Shown here in pieces: positions 49,725 to 59,958 of a stretch of 64,000 nucleotides of DNA. Where the stretch lies: positions 576,001 to 640,000 of the forward strand of contig CAWHAE010000010.1 in NCBI GenBank assembly GCA_963827235.1, read 5' to 3'. Source of the DNA: an uncultured bacterium. GTDB lineage: Bacteria; Chloroflexota; UBA5177; JANWHV01. The first letter of the stretch is position 1. Every line of letters starts with the position of its first letter. The notes below the pieces were generated by a model that saw only the letters and a program-made list of their open reading frames with translations, ran no database searches and was not told where the DNA came from. Made by a program: the position numbers and the translations under genes.

Positions 49725-51539
49725 TCAGGTCACCGTTATCCTGACGACCTGCGACACCGCGCCCCCGCTCGAATTGGTAATCACAGCCCGATACTGGTAG
49801 CTGTCCAGCGTGAGATCCGGTTTGAACATCATCACCGCTGTGTTCTGGTCGTCGTAGCTGGTGTTGCTGTCCAGGATATCCTGCCAGCCGTTCGTGCCGT
49901 CATTATATTGCCAGCGGACTGAAGAGGTCTGGTTCCCGTCGTTGTAGCCGACGATCAGGTCCACTTCCTGTGCGCAGTTCGGTACGGTGATCAGACCGTT
50001 GACCGGATTAAGGTTGACCGTGGGAGCCTGCGGCGCCGCGGCTGACGTGGCCGCGGCGTTAGCGACCGCGGTGTCGACGGCTACCGATGTGGCGGTCACC
50101 TGAGCCACGATGGTACTCTGGGATTTCGCTGCCGCGGTGAGCTGTGCGACGGCAGTCTGGTACTGCCCGGCGATCGCCGTCTGCGTAGCCCGGTCCTGCC
50201 CGGTCAGCGCAGTAACCGTACCTCGGACCTCCGCGGTCAGGACGACAAAGGCAGTAGCCTTCATATTGACGATGGCCGTCGACGTGGCGGCGGATTGCGC
50301 CTGCGCAGTACCGAGAGCGCTAACAGTAGCGACGATCCGAGCCCGGATGGTCGCCTGGGTAACGGCCGTGGCCGTCACATGCGGCGCGGCGGTCGCCGTC
50401 AGGCGCGCTACTGCCGTTGCCGCGCCAGCCGTCTGGGACGCGACGGCGGTTTGCGTGGCCTTGGGCCCCGCGGCGGCCGCGGTTGACGTGGCTCCCGGAT
50501 TGGCGGTGCCTGTCGCGTTGGCGGCGGCGGTACCCGTCGCGTTGGCCATAGCCGTCGCCGTGGCAATGGCCGTAGTCGTGGCCTTAGTCGTTACCGTGGA
50601 GGTGCTATTGACCGCGGCGGTGGCCGATGCCTGCCTGGCGGCCGTTGCCGAGGACTGCACGCTGGCGGTCGCCTGGTTGTTCGTCACTACCGTAGCAGTG
50701 AGCTGCGCCACTCCGGTCGAGTTTGCCTCAGACTGCGCTTCAGTCGCGGTAGCATTGGTCGCAGCGGTCGCGGTGTCGTTTGGCGCGGTCGTAGCCGTTG
50801 CATTGGCCTCGTTGGTCACTTCGGTTGCCGTGCTATTTGTATCGGCCGTTTGCTGCGCTTGCACTGCTGCCGTCGCCGTCTGAGCCGGGCCAGCAGCTTG
50901 CGCGGTCAACTGGGCCACAACCGTGGATGTAGCATTCGTGTTAGCGACGCCCGTCAACTGCGCCACGGACGTACCGGCGACATTCGCCAGGGCAGTGCCA
51001 GTGGCATTTGCGTTGGCTACGCCTGTTTGCGCCACCTGAGCAACAGCGGTCGCCACGAGGTGCGTAACGGCGGTTGCTGTGTCGGCGGCGTTGACGAGCC
51101 CTGTGATCTGTGCCACTGCCGTGGCGGTGGCGTTGGCCACTGCCGTGCTGGTCTCGGCGGCGACTCCCGTGGCAGTCTGGTTGGCGACTGCCGTAGCCGT
51201 ATCGTGCGGGTTAGCAAGGGCCGTGGCAGTAATGTTCGCAACTGCCGTGTTTGTCGGATCATCCACAGCGGCCGTGGCAGCGGCCTCATTGGCTGCCTCC
51301 GTGGCCGTGTCACCCGGGGCCACGGTCGCGGTTAACTGCGCCGCCGCCGTGGCGGTGAGCCTGGCAACTACGGTCTCCTCACCGGGGCGCGTTGCGCAGT
51401 TTGAACTGGCGTAGGCGACGTGCACCGCCGGCCCCAGACTCACCGGCAGCCCGCCTGTACTGTGCCGTTCTAAGGTTATTCCCGACCACCCTAACACTAG
51501 CCCCAGTGCCAGGGTGATCCGTATCAGCCGGCTTCTCAC
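49725..51539 (-). CDS. Secreted Ala/Thr-rich repeat protein with C-terminal Ig-like domain
   Basis: GTG start after AGAAGGA; signal peptide ending VAYA; about 450 aa of TAVAxxTA-type repeats; VRWQYNDG...YQYRAVITNSSG..S....ITV Ig-like end. Confidence 0.85.
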   Translation of the reverse strand: MRSRLIRITLALGLVLGWSGITLERHSTGGLPVSLGPAVHVAYASSNCATRPGEETVVARLTATAAAQLTATVAPGDTATEAANEAAATAAVDDPTNTAVANITATALANPHDTATAVANQTATGVAAETSTAVANATATAVAQITGLVNAADTATAVTHLVATAVAQVAQTGVANANATGTALANVAGTSVAQLTGVANTNATSTVVAQLTAQAAGPAQTATAAVQAQQTADTNSTATEVTNEANATATTAPNDTATAATNATATEAQSEANSTGVAQLTATVVTNNQATASVQSSATAARQASATAAVNSTSTVTTKATTTAIATATAMANATGTAAANATGTANPGATSTAAAAGPKATQTAVASQTAGAATAVARLTATAAPHVTATAVTQATIRARIVATVSALGTAQAQSAATSTAIVNMKATAFVVLTAEVRGTVTALTGQDRATQTAIAGQYQTAVAQLTAAAKSQSTIVAQVTATSVAVDTAVANAAATSAAAPQAPTVNLNPVNGLITVPNCAQEVDLIVGYNDGNQTSSVRWQYNDGTNGWQDILDSNTSYDDQNTAVMMFKPDLTLDSYQYRAVITNSSGGAVSQVVRITVT

Positions 51540-51654
51540 GTTCCTTCTCCCTTGTGCTCTCTCTCCCTGCGTCGTCCTATCCCTGCTGCGCGCACCCTTT
51601 CTGTTCGGACCGTGGTGTGTTCTGTCCTGCCGGCGCACCTGCCGTCTACGGTGT

Positions 51655-51681
51655 TAATCGGCAGCCTTGCGCGTTTTTGGA
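51655..51681 (-). promoter_or_regulatory. sigma28-like promoter A (TCCA-N15-GCCGATTA)
   Basis: -10 is near the FliA/WhiG consensus GCCGATAA with a 15-nt spacer; shares 20 flanking bases with promoter B. Confidence 0.5.
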
Positions 51682-51846
51682 GAGGCCAAAGTGGTCCCCC
51701 CCGAACGGGTCCCTGCGCGGTTCGGGTCGCTCCCCGCTGATCGGTGTCTCTGTCGCTCCTGCCCTCCGTCCTGAACCCCGTGCCGGCCGCCTCGCCGCGG
51801 ATCGTGGCTGTAGTGTTCGTGCATACCCAGTTGGAGTCTTTACTTC

Positions 51847-51873
51847 TTATCGGCAGCCCAGGCCCGATCTGGA
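51847..51873 (-). promoter_or_regulatory. sigma28-like promoter B (TCCA-N15-GCCGATAA)
   Basis: Perfect GCCGATAA -10 with a 15-nt spacer. Confidence 0.55.
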
Positions 51874-51935
51874 GAGGCCCCCGCGAAGTTCGACCGGCGC
51901 GGGCGCCTGCAGCCAGGCCGGTAAGCCGGGTTCCC

Positions 51936-51962
51936 GCATCGGCTCAGCCGCAGTATGGTTTA
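51936..51962 (-). promoter_or_regulatory. sigma28-like promoter C (TAAA-N15-GCCGATGC)
   Basis: Perfect TAAA -35, 15-nt spacer and GCCGAT core. Confidence 0.55.
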
Positions 51963-52212
51963 GGTGATTCCTATCCGCAATCCCACAGAAGTCAGGCCCC
52001 GGCGAGGCAGTGTCTTGTCTGCGCCGGCCTATGGCTGCGCGGCCCAGTTGTGCCGGTGTCTTCCACCAGATTCATGGAATCAGCCTCTCCCCCCAGGTGC
52101 AGAACCCGTGCCAAACCGGTGCAGAAGCCGGCGCCGAGTGGTGGCGACACCGTGACACGAAGCGCTGAAAGACGGTGCCTGTGCTGGGTTACGAAGCTGC
52201 CGCACTTGACCC

Positions 52213-52239
52213 TCAAGAAATGGGGGATTGTGCCGATCG
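52213..52239 (+). promoter_or_regulatory. sigma28-like promoter D (TCAA-N15-GCCGATCG)
   Basis: TCAAG -35 variant and GCCGAT core, 55 nt upstream of the 52295 ATG. Confidence 0.5.
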
Positions 52240-52294
52240 AAAATATGTAGGACATATATAACGTCTCCACCCTCGAATGCAGAGCAGGGAGCGG

Positions 52295-55200
52295 ATGAGC
52301 AGAGTGACAGGAAACTGGCGCGGCCTGTCGGGAATGGCCGTGGTGAGCATGCTGCTGAGCTGCGCGCCGCTGCATATGCCATCGGGGGTCGGCGCAGACG
52401 CGGGGTGCGATCCGAGCATCTGCGTCGTGACCAACCTCAACGACAGTGGCGACGGCAGTCTGCGCGCGGCCATAGCTGCTGCTCCCGCCGGTTCGACCAT
52501 CACCTTCGCGTCCGGTGTCAGTGGCACGCTGGGCCTGTCAAACGACCTGGCGATCACGCAGGACATCAGCATCGTCGGTCCGGGGGCCAATCAGCTGACG
52601 ATCAACGGCAATGGCAATTCGCGCGTCATCGAGGTCGACTCCGGCACTGCCACGCTTACCGGATTGACAATCACCGGAGGGAGCTTGATCACGGACGACG
52701 CCTTGGGCGGTGGAGTCTACGTGGCGAGTGGTGCCTCCCTGGTGCTGCGCCTTAGCACGGTCAGCGGCAACAACCTCTATGCGTGGACTACCGGCTCGGG
52801 TGGAGGCATCTACAATGCCGGCACCACGAGTGTGAGCGATAGCACCATCGCCAACAACCAGGTCATGTCCATCAGTGACGGGACCGGAGGCGCGATCGAC
52901 AACGAGGGAACGCTCACCCTCACCAACACGACGATCGCCGGCAACAGCGCCCAGAACGGGTATGGCACGACAACCGCGGGCGGCATCGCCAACAACGGCA
53001 CCCTGACGGTGACGAACAGCACCATCGACTCCAACCCGGGATGGGGACTCAGCACGACTTCGAGCGCCACACTGGCCAACAGCATCCTGGCACAGTCAAG
53101 CGGGGGAAATTGCTCGGGCGACGTCACGGACGATGGCGGCAACCTCGCCGACGACGACTCCTGCAGTTGGAGCCAGAGCACAAGCCACACCACCACGATC
53201 GACGCGCTGAATCTCGGGTCACTGGCCGACAACGGCGGCCCGACGCAAACGGTCGCCCTGCAGTCCGGCAGCATCGCCATCGATGCAGCCAGCTGTACGC
53301 CTCCAACCCTGGACGGGGCCGCGATCACCGGCGATCAGCGGGAAGTCGTGCGACCCGACGTGGCCGGCAGCGCCTGCGACAGCGGCGCCTACGAAGTGCT
53401 CACGGCGCCCGCAACCCAGCTCACCGTCGCAGACGTGACGGGCCCTTTCGCGGGCACAACGACGCTCGACGCCACGCTCAAGGATAGTGCTGGGCGCGCC
53501 CTACCCGACCGATCGATCACGTTCACGCTCACGGACCCATCTACACAGCAAGCCACCACCTTCACGAGCACCACCGACAGCAACGGCGTGGCCGAAGTAG
53601 ATAACGCCAATCTTGGCAGCATTTCCATGGGCGCACACGCGGGCGGCACCGGCGCCAGCTTCGCGGGCGACGGCATGTACACTCAAAGCAGCGGGAGCGC
53701 GAACCTGACCATTACTCGGGGCACACCGACCATTACCTGGTCTAGCCCGGCGGACATCGTGTACGGGACCTTGCTGGGAGCAACACAACTCGACGCCGCT
53801 GCGAACACCGACGGCACGTTCGTCTACACGCCTGCCGCAGGCACCCTCCTGCCGGCCGGCGCCAACCAGGCACTCGGCACCTCGTTCACACCCGACGACA
53901 GCACGGATTTCACGCTGGCCACGGGCGGAACCACACTGACGATCGAGCCGGCCACGCTCATGGTCAACGCCGCCACCGGCCAGAGCATGGCGGCCGGCGG
54001 CCAGGTGCCTGACTCCTTCACTTACTCCATAACCGGCTTCGTGGCCGGGGACACAGAGAGCGTCGTAAGCGGGTCCGCTGTGTGCACGACTACCGCGACC
54101 AGCTCGAGCCCGGCCGGCAGCTACCCGATTCACTGCGACGTCTCGGGTCTGCAGGCAAGCAACTACACGTTCAGCGCGCACGACAGCACGTTCACGGTCA
54201 CGGGAACGGCGGGATCGGCCACCACAACTGCCTCGGACACGGCGACCAAGACCGCGTCGACGACGCCGACTCAAACCGCGTCGCCGACAGCGGCGACCTC
54301 CGCGACTTCCAGCGCATCGTCGACGCCGACCCAAACGTCCACGCCGACGGCCTCGGCCTCCACGACGTCAAGCGCATCGTCGACGCCCACCCAATCCTTC
54401 ACGCCGACGGCAACTGCTACTCGCACGTGGACGGCAACGCAGACGGTGACGAACACGCGGACCGACTCTCCGACACCAACACCGTCGCGCACGCCGACAG
54501 CGACGAACACTGTGACACTGACACGAACGCCTACGCCGACCCTGTCGCCGACCTTCACGCTATCACCAACACCAACCTGGACGGCTTCCAACACGCCGAC
54601 CAGTACTGCCACGGGAACGCAAACGGCGACCTATACCGCGACGGCGACAGGAACAGCGTCGGCAACGTTCACGTCGACCAGCACTGCCACGGGCACGGCA
54701 ACGGCGACGGACACCGCTACCAGCACCAGCACGGCGACAGGCACGGACACCGCGACGGCGAGCGCCACTGCGACAGACACGAGCACACCCACGGATACCG
54801 ATACACCAGGTACCAGCTCGAACACCAACTCCGGGCAGGCCAGCCCGACCGCGCAGACTTCGCGCACTCGAGCCACGGCGACGGCGCGTGCGAGCAAAGC
54901 CGGCACCACAAAAGCGACGCCGAAACCGTCTCCGACGGCGCAGGGCGAGAAGGGTGGCACGGAGAAGCTGGCTGCAGGCATGAAGCCAGTCACGAAGAAG
55001 CCTGCAGCTACCAAGACGCCTGCCGCGAAGAAGCCTTCGACAAGCAAGAAGCCCGCGGCGAAGAAGCCCTCAACAAGCAAGACGCTCAGAGGCGTTGCCG
55101 TGGTGGCCATGGGGATGAAAGGCACGCTTCAGCTTCAGCTTCGTGCGCCCACAAACGCGGCAGCGGCCGGACAGCCAGTCACGCTGACCGCTTCACTCAA

Positions 55201-55774
55201 GCGCAACCCGCGAGGCGGCGCGGTCTCCGGCAGCGTGCAGTTCTTCGACGGCGCGAAGCTGCTGGGAACGGCAAAGATCAAGAGCAACACGGCGCAGCTC
55301 AAGCTCGCCAACCGCACCGCCGGCACGCACTCGCTCTCGGCGTCGTTCCAGGGCATACGCAGCACGCCCTTGTTGCTCACCGTCGGCCGCGTGCCCGGGA
55401 GCCTGACGATCGGACTCCAGCCACGCAGCGTCACCGGCGGCCAACCGGCCAAGACACAGTGCAAGATGCCCAAGAAGGCGCACGGCAGCGTCGCTCGCGG
55501 CTGCGAGGTGGTAAGTGTTCACTGGTTGCACCCGCCAACGGGAACAAAGCTCCCGCTGACCTTCAGCTACACGATCAGGTTCACCGACGGAAGCAGCCAG
55601 GCGCTGGCAACGCGCGTCGCGACGGCGATATTCGCCATTCACTATGCGCCCCCGCGCGGCACAAAGAGCGGCGCATATCAGACTATCGCCTGGATCAGCG
55701 TGGTGGCGCGCAGCAAGGACGGCAAGGCAGCCGTCTCGGCAAGCCAGCAGCTGACGGTACTGCCGAAGGCGTAG
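52295..55774 (+). CDS. Large surface protein: beta-helix/choice-of-anchor Q, Ig-like and MBG domains, Thr-rich stalk, Lys-rich tract, bacterial Ig-like (Big_3) domain
   Basis: [16 protein letters not shown]; GGGIYN/GGAIDN repeats; [17 protein letters not shown]...DQR...CDSGAYE; [15 protein letters not shown]; [10 protein letters not shown]; [23 protein letters not shown]. Confidence 0.88.
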   Translation: MSRVTGNWRGLSGMAVVSMLLSCAPLHMPSGVGADAGCDPSICVVTNLNDSGDGSLRAAIAAAPAGSTITFASGVSGTLGLSNDLAITQDISIVGPGANQLTINGNGNSRVIEVDSGTATLTGLTITGGSLITDDALGGGVYVASGASLVLRLSTVSGNNLYAWTTGSGGGIYNAGTTSVSDSTIANNQVMSISDGTGGAIDNEGTLTLTNTTIAGNSAQNGYGTTTAGGIANNGTLTVTNSTIDSNPGWGLSTTSSATLANSILAQSSGGNCSGDVTDDGGNLADDDSCSWSQSTSHTTTIDALNLGSLADNGGPTQTVALQSGSIAIDAASCTPPTLDGAAITGDQREVVRPDVAGSACDSGAYEVLTAPATQLTVADVTGPFAGTTTLDATLKDSAGRALPDRSITFTLTDPSTQQATTFTSTTDSNGVAEVDNANLGSISMGAHAGGTGASFAGDGMYTQSSGSANLTITRGTPTITWSSPADIVYGTLLGATQLDAAANTDGTFVYTPAAGTLLPAGANQALGTSFTPDDSTDFTLATGGTTLTIEPATLMVNAATGQSMAAGGQVPDSFTYSITGFVAGDTESVVSGSAVCTTTATSSSPAGSYPIHCDVSGLQASNYTFSAHDSTFTVTGTAGSATTTASDTATKTASTTPTQTASPTAATSATSSASSTPTQTSTPTASASTTSSASSTPTQSFTPTATATRTWTATQTVTNTRTDSPTPTPSRTPTATNTVTLTRTPTPTLSPTFTLSPTPTWTASNTPTSTATGTQTATYTATATGTASATFTSTSTATGTATATDTATSTSTATGTDTATASATATDTSTPTDTDTPGTSSNTNSGQASPTAQTSRTRATATARASKAGTTKATPKPSPTAQGEKGGTEKLAAGMKPVTKKPAATKTPAAKKPSTSKKPAAKKPSTSKTLRGVAVVAMGMKGTLQLQLRAPTNAAAAGQPVTLTASLKRNPRGGAVSGSVQFFDGAKLLGTAKIKSNTAQLKLANRTAGTHSLSASFQGIRSTPLLLTVGRVPGSLTIGLQPRSVTGGQPAKTQCKMPKKAHGSVARGCEVVSVHWLHPPTGTKLPLTFSYTIRFTDGSSQALATRVATAIFAIHYAPPRGTKSGAYQTIAWISVVARSKDGKAAVSASQQLTVLPKA

Positions 55775-56370
55775 GACACACGTCCCGAGGTACCGGCCTA
55801 TCCGGCGGTGGCCACCGGCTCCGGCAGATGAGCCGCCCATAGCTGCAGGTGCCCTGCAGCGGGCGGAGCGCAAGCACACGTCGTTGGATGTCGCAGTGGG
55901 AATAGGTGATGCCTATCCCGAGCCGCCGGTGGCTGGTCTGGCCGGCACCGCGACGGGCCCAACCGGACATTGTGTCCCCGTAGCTCGTCGTCTCGCGACT
56001 TCGGACGCCGTGCCGGGCACGTCCGGAGGCGGTCAAGACGACAGCGGTCCCAGGATCGGCGAACCGAGGCACTGAAGCGGGGGCCATCGAGCCCGCGGCA
56101 GAAGCACGGTTAGCCGCATTACCTTCTGAGCTGGATGGCATTGGACCCGGCCCCGGTGGCAGGGGAGTGGCGGCGGGCCACGCGCAGCGCCTTCGTCGCC
56201 GTGCGCGTTGCCGAGGAAGCTCAGGGTTGCGTTGTCTGCCACGCCATCGCGCGACTCACGGTCCGGCGGCCTGCCGACGCCGGCTGCCCGGCACTGGTCA
56301 TCCGTGCACCTGGTTGCCAGCAGGGGCGTCGTGACCCGCCGGCCTGCCGGCGGCGGCTGCCTGGGGCGGA

Positions 56371-59064
56371 CTACGGCGAGGAGGCCGTGACGGTCGGCGT
56401 TGAGGGACCGCCGGCCACACTACCCGAGAGATCCGCAGTGCCGGCGACGGCGGCGGTCGCAGTGGCCGTGGGGTTGGCGACGCCGGTCGCCGCTGCCGTC
56501 GAGGCCGTCGCCTGGGTTGGTAGCGGCGTGCTCGTGGCCGTGTTCGCCACCACCGGAGTGGCGGTGGGGGTAGCCGTCCAGGTCGCGGTCGAGGTAGGCA
56601 GGCCGGTCGCCGTCCACATGGGCGTGGCCGTGCGTGTCGGCGTCACGGTGGCGGTCGGGGTGCGAGTGGCGGTCGGCGTTCGCGTCCAGGTCGGCGTGCT
56701 CGTCGGTATGCGGGTGCGCGTCGGCGTCCACGAGGACGTAGGAATGCGTGTCGTAGTAGCCGTCCTGGTCGAGGTCGGAACCCTGGTCGGCGTCGGCGTC
56801 CGCGTGGCAGAGGGAGTGCGCGTGCTGGTAGCGGTGCGCGTCGGCACCGGCGTTCGCGTGATGGTCGGCGTGCGCGTGCTGGTGGGGGTGAGCGTAGGTG
56901 TTGCAGTATGCGTGGGCGTGCCGGTGGGCGAGGCCGTCCACGCCGCGGCCAGGCCCGGTATGCCGGCGAGAAGCGCGGTGGGCGTGCTGGTGGCACGCGA
57001 CGAGCTTGCGATCACCGGCACCTGCGTCGCGGCGATGAAGCCGTTCGACGTGGCAGCCGTGATCCCGATCGTGGCACCCGGCTGGATGACCTTGCTGCTG
57101 ACCGCGAAGGTGATTGGCGTCGACTGACCGGGCTGCATCAGGTGGAAGACCTGGCTCACCTTGGCGGCACGCCAGCCGGCGGGCAGCGCCAGCGTGACGG
57201 TTCCGCTGATCGGCACGTTAGTTTGTGCTGCCACGGTGACGCTGAGCGTGTGCGACGCCTTGCTCGCTCCCGGACCCAGCCGCGCCGCCAGCCCTACGGG
57301 AGCGATGCCCTGTATGCGCGCGCGCTGCAGCCAGCCCAGCACCGTGGCGGGAGTGGACGACGAGACGGTGAGGAAAACGGGATCCGCGGAGAGAGTCAGC
57401 ACGGCGCTGATCGGCCCCACTGCGCCGGTCGGGTTGTCCATCAGGTCGTCGGCGGATACACCCAACTGCCGGCCAGCGGGCACCACGATGATGCCACTCG
57501 GACCCGTGCTCCACAGCACGACCTCCGTCGATCCGTCAGGCCGTGTGAAGAGGATGGCCCGGGCCACCGTGCCGACCGGTGCCGACAACACGTAGGCGGC
57601 GTCCTGCAGATGCCGGATCATCGTCGCAATGGCCACGTAGGCGGGCTTAACCGAGCCGTCGTTATTGGTGATGCCGAAGGCGTTCTCCGTGCCGGGTCCA
57701 TCCTGGCGGAACCTGAATACCATGATCTTCTTCACACCCTGGGCCTGGAAATCCACGTACGATCGCACGAGGTACTGCGCCTGCTGCCTGGGCGTGATCG
57801 CGCCGTCGGTGGCGTAGCCGGTCTCGGTGATCCAAACGGGCATGGCGGCGGCGGCCGACCTGGCGGCGGCAGTCGCCTCCGGGCTGGGCCTCGGCAGCGA
57901 AGACGGTACCAGGGCGCTGTCGGGGTCTCGCGTGCCGGCGTAGGCATGGACGGCAAGCGTCTGCACTATCGCCTTCGCCGCGTGAATGGCGGAGTCGAAG
58001 TACGGCCCGCTCTCGTCATACATGACGTTGGCTCCCGGCTCAACGCCGCGGATCGCGGTCGAGGCAGAGGCGACGAGACCGGCGAAGATCTGAGCGGAGC
58101 TCACCAGGTCGTGCCGCCAGAAGCTCGCGGTGGAAGGCTCGTTCCAGACTTCCCAATCGGTGATGCCGTAACCGTCCTGCCAACCCATGCGCCGGGCCAG
58201 GGCGCCGCCGGGCATGAAATGGCTCACCACCGCCGAGGCATAGTCCGAGAACATGGCGATGCCTGCCGGCGTGTACTTGCAGGCCGGCCCCTTGCTGCAG
58301 CCCGTGACTGCGAAGGTCTTGCCGCTGCGCGGCGCCAGGTCCGGGTTAGGGAGGTTGCCCCAATAGTCCAGCAGGCCAAGCACGTGGATACCGGAGTCGT
58401 GCGCGGCGATCACGGCGTCGTCGGCCGGCCCGAATGAGTAGTCGTGTGACCCCGGCTGCGGCTCGATAGTCGCCCAGTTGAACTCCTCGCGGTCGTAGCG
58501 GAGGCCCGCGGCTGCCATGGAGCGTACCGTGGCGGACATCGTGCCCTGACTGATGGCGTTCGGACCCTGCAGGGCGCCGTTGGCGCCAAAGGCCGAGCGA
58601 GTATCGAACCCGGCAGCCTGCGGGCGGATGACGCCGATGGGAATAACCGCGCTGTACTGCGCCTGCGAGACCGGATCGACGATCATGACGCGAAACTGGT
58701 AGTAGCCGGAGCCGGCGATGGGCAGCGGCTGCCGCTCTGTACGGGTCTCGCCGGGCGCGAGGGTAAGCCGGTCGTCGCGAAGCCGCGTCACGTTACCGAA
58801 ATAGTCGGCGAGCGTCTCCAGGCGGACGAAGGTGTGCGGTACATCGGTCGGGTTGGTGGTGCTGACGGTGACGGATACGGCCTGGCCGACCAGGAGCGGG
58901 CCGGGCGGCGGGGAGGCCGCGCCCATGGCGGTCATGACCACGGAGACTCGTGCCTCCGCGGTGCCATTCGTGCCCGCCGTGGCGGCAGCAGGGATGGCGC
59001 ACGCGCAGAGCGCGATCCAAGCGGACACGCGCAAGCAGCGCTGTATCCGTCGATACATCTTCAT
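56371..59064 (-). CDS. Secreted clan GH-A glycoside hydrolase (GH39/GH5-like) with NEW3-like domain and Thr/Pro-rich tail
   Basis: Signal peptide; [29 protein letters not shown]....G..KPAY; [13 protein letters not shown]; TRTPT hexapeptide tail. Confidence 0.85.
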   Translation of the reverse strand: MKMYRRIQRCLRVSAWIALCACAIPAAATAGTNGTAEARVSVVMTAMGAASPPPGPLLVGQAVSVTVSTTNPTDVPHTFVRLETLADYFGNVTRLRDDRLTLAPGETRTERQPLPIAGSGYYQFRVMIVDPVSQAQYSAVIPIGVIRPQAAGFDTRSAFGANGALQGPNAISQGTMSATVRSMAAAGLRYDREEFNWATIEPQPGSHDYSFGPADDAVIAAHDSGIHVLGLLDYWGNLPNPDLAPRSGKTFAVTGCSKGPACKYTPAGIAMFSDYASAVVSHFMPGGALARRMGWQDGYGITDWEVWNEPSTASFWRHDLVSSAQIFAGLVASASTAIRGVEPGANVMYDESGPYFDSAIHAAKAIVQTLAVHAYAGTRDPDSALVPSSLPRPSPEATAAARSAAAAMPVWITETGYATDGAITPRQQAQYLVRSYVDFQAQGVKKIMVFRFRQDGPGTENAFGITNNDGSVKPAYVAIATMIRHLQDAAYVLSAPVGTVARAILFTRPDGSTEVVLWSTGPSGIIVVPAGRQLGVSADDLMDNPTGAVGPISAVLTLSADPVFLTVSSSTPATVLGWLQRARIQGIAPVGLAARLGPGASKASHTLSVTVAAQTNVPISGTVTLALPAGWRAAKVSQVFHLMQPGQSTPITFAVSSKVIQPGATIGITAATSNGFIAATQVPVIASSSRATSTPTALLAGIPGLAAAWTASPTGTPTHTATPTLTPTSTRTPTITRTPVPTRTATSTRTPSATRTPTPTRVPTSTRTATTTRIPTSSWTPTRTRIPTSTPTWTRTPTATRTPTATVTPTRTATPMWTATGLPTSTATWTATPTATPVVANTATSTPLPTQATASTAAATGVANPTATATAAVAGTADLSGSVAGGPSTPTVTASSP

Positions 59065-59225
59065 CAGTGCCGTTACTCGCGATCATCCCGGCAGCGAATG
59101 CGCATGCCTGTCGCCTGCCGACGGCAGTGTAGCCGCGCCCGGCTGCCGGGCGGAAATGCGCAATGGCCGCCTTCGCCACCGGAGCCGACGGGCCCGCGGC
59201 GAGTCGCATCGGCGAGCTCTGAATC

Positions 59226-59957
59226 CTATGACCGCGGCGATCGCTTCTGCCGGAGCCACAGTCTGAAATAGGCACGGTACTGGGCGGGGCCGTAGGGGCG
59301 CCAAGCGGGAGCCACCTGCCCGGCGCGAATGGCAGCAGCCAGCTCCTGGGCCCGCCGGCCGGGGAAGCGGGTGAAGCTGCGGCCTATCGCTTCCGTGACA
59401 TGCGCGTCGGAGCCGCCGACCAGGGGCAACCGGCTGTAGCGGGCGTTGAAGCGACGAGCTCGCAGGTTGGCCAGGGCGAGGACGGGCAACGATTCGTTCA
59501 GCTCCACGGCGTCGAACGCCACACGCCGCAGGGCCGCGCCGGCACCCATGCGCGCCGGCACGCCCTCGGGAGACCACCAGACGCCGCGCAGGAAGGGGTG
59601 CGCCGCGATGGCGAGCCCGCCCTGGGCGTGGACCGCCGCCACCGTCTGGGCGGCACTCAGCCCGGCGGGCACGGGCTCGGTGAGAAAGAGGCCCAGGATG
59701 TGCCCCTCGCGACTGCCGATCTCCTCGCCCACGATCACTTCCAGCGGATAGTGCCGGGCAAGATCGGCCGCCTGCACGGCACCCTCGATCGCGTCGTGGT
59801 CCGTAATCGCGATCACGTCGAGGCCGGCGTGGGAGCAGGCGTACTCCAGCGCATCGCGCACCGAGGCGGTGCCGTCCGAGACGCGAGTATGGATGTGGAG
59901 GTCGGCCCTACCGGAGAAGACAGGCCTTACCGGCGCAGAATCACCGATGGGCCTCAC
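59226..59957 (-). CDS. PHP-domain phosphoesterase
   Basis: DLHIHT..SDG, AITDHD, GEEI...EGH, AAHPF, GGSDAH. GTG start inferred right after the Uma2 stop. Confidence 0.88.
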   Translation of the reverse strand: MRPIGDSAPVRPVFSGRADLHIHTRVSDGTASVRDALEYACSHAGLDVIAITDHDAIEGAVQAADLARHYPLEVIVGEEIGSREGHILGLFLTEPVPAGLSAAQTVAAVHAQGGLAIAAHPFLRGVWWSPEGVPARMGAGAALRRVAFDAVELNESLPVLALANLRARRFNARYSRLPLVGGSDAHVTEAIGRSFTRFPGRRAQELAAAIRAGQVAPAWRPYGPAQYRAYFRLWLRQKRSPRS

Positions 59958-59958
59958 T

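Noticed and set aside
51655-51880. Tandem glycine or c-di-GMP riboswitch explanation for the repeated GGAGAGGCC/GGCTGCCGA motif
   Set aside because: Core aptamer elements (CCGAAG...CUCAGG; GCAAA...GAAA...CGCAAAGC) are missing; the fixed 15-nt spacing fits a sigma28 promoter better.
56140-56175. Frameshifted LPATG sortase signal downstream of the GH gene
   Set aside because: Requires an indel plus stop read-through, and no hydrophobic segment or basic tail follows.
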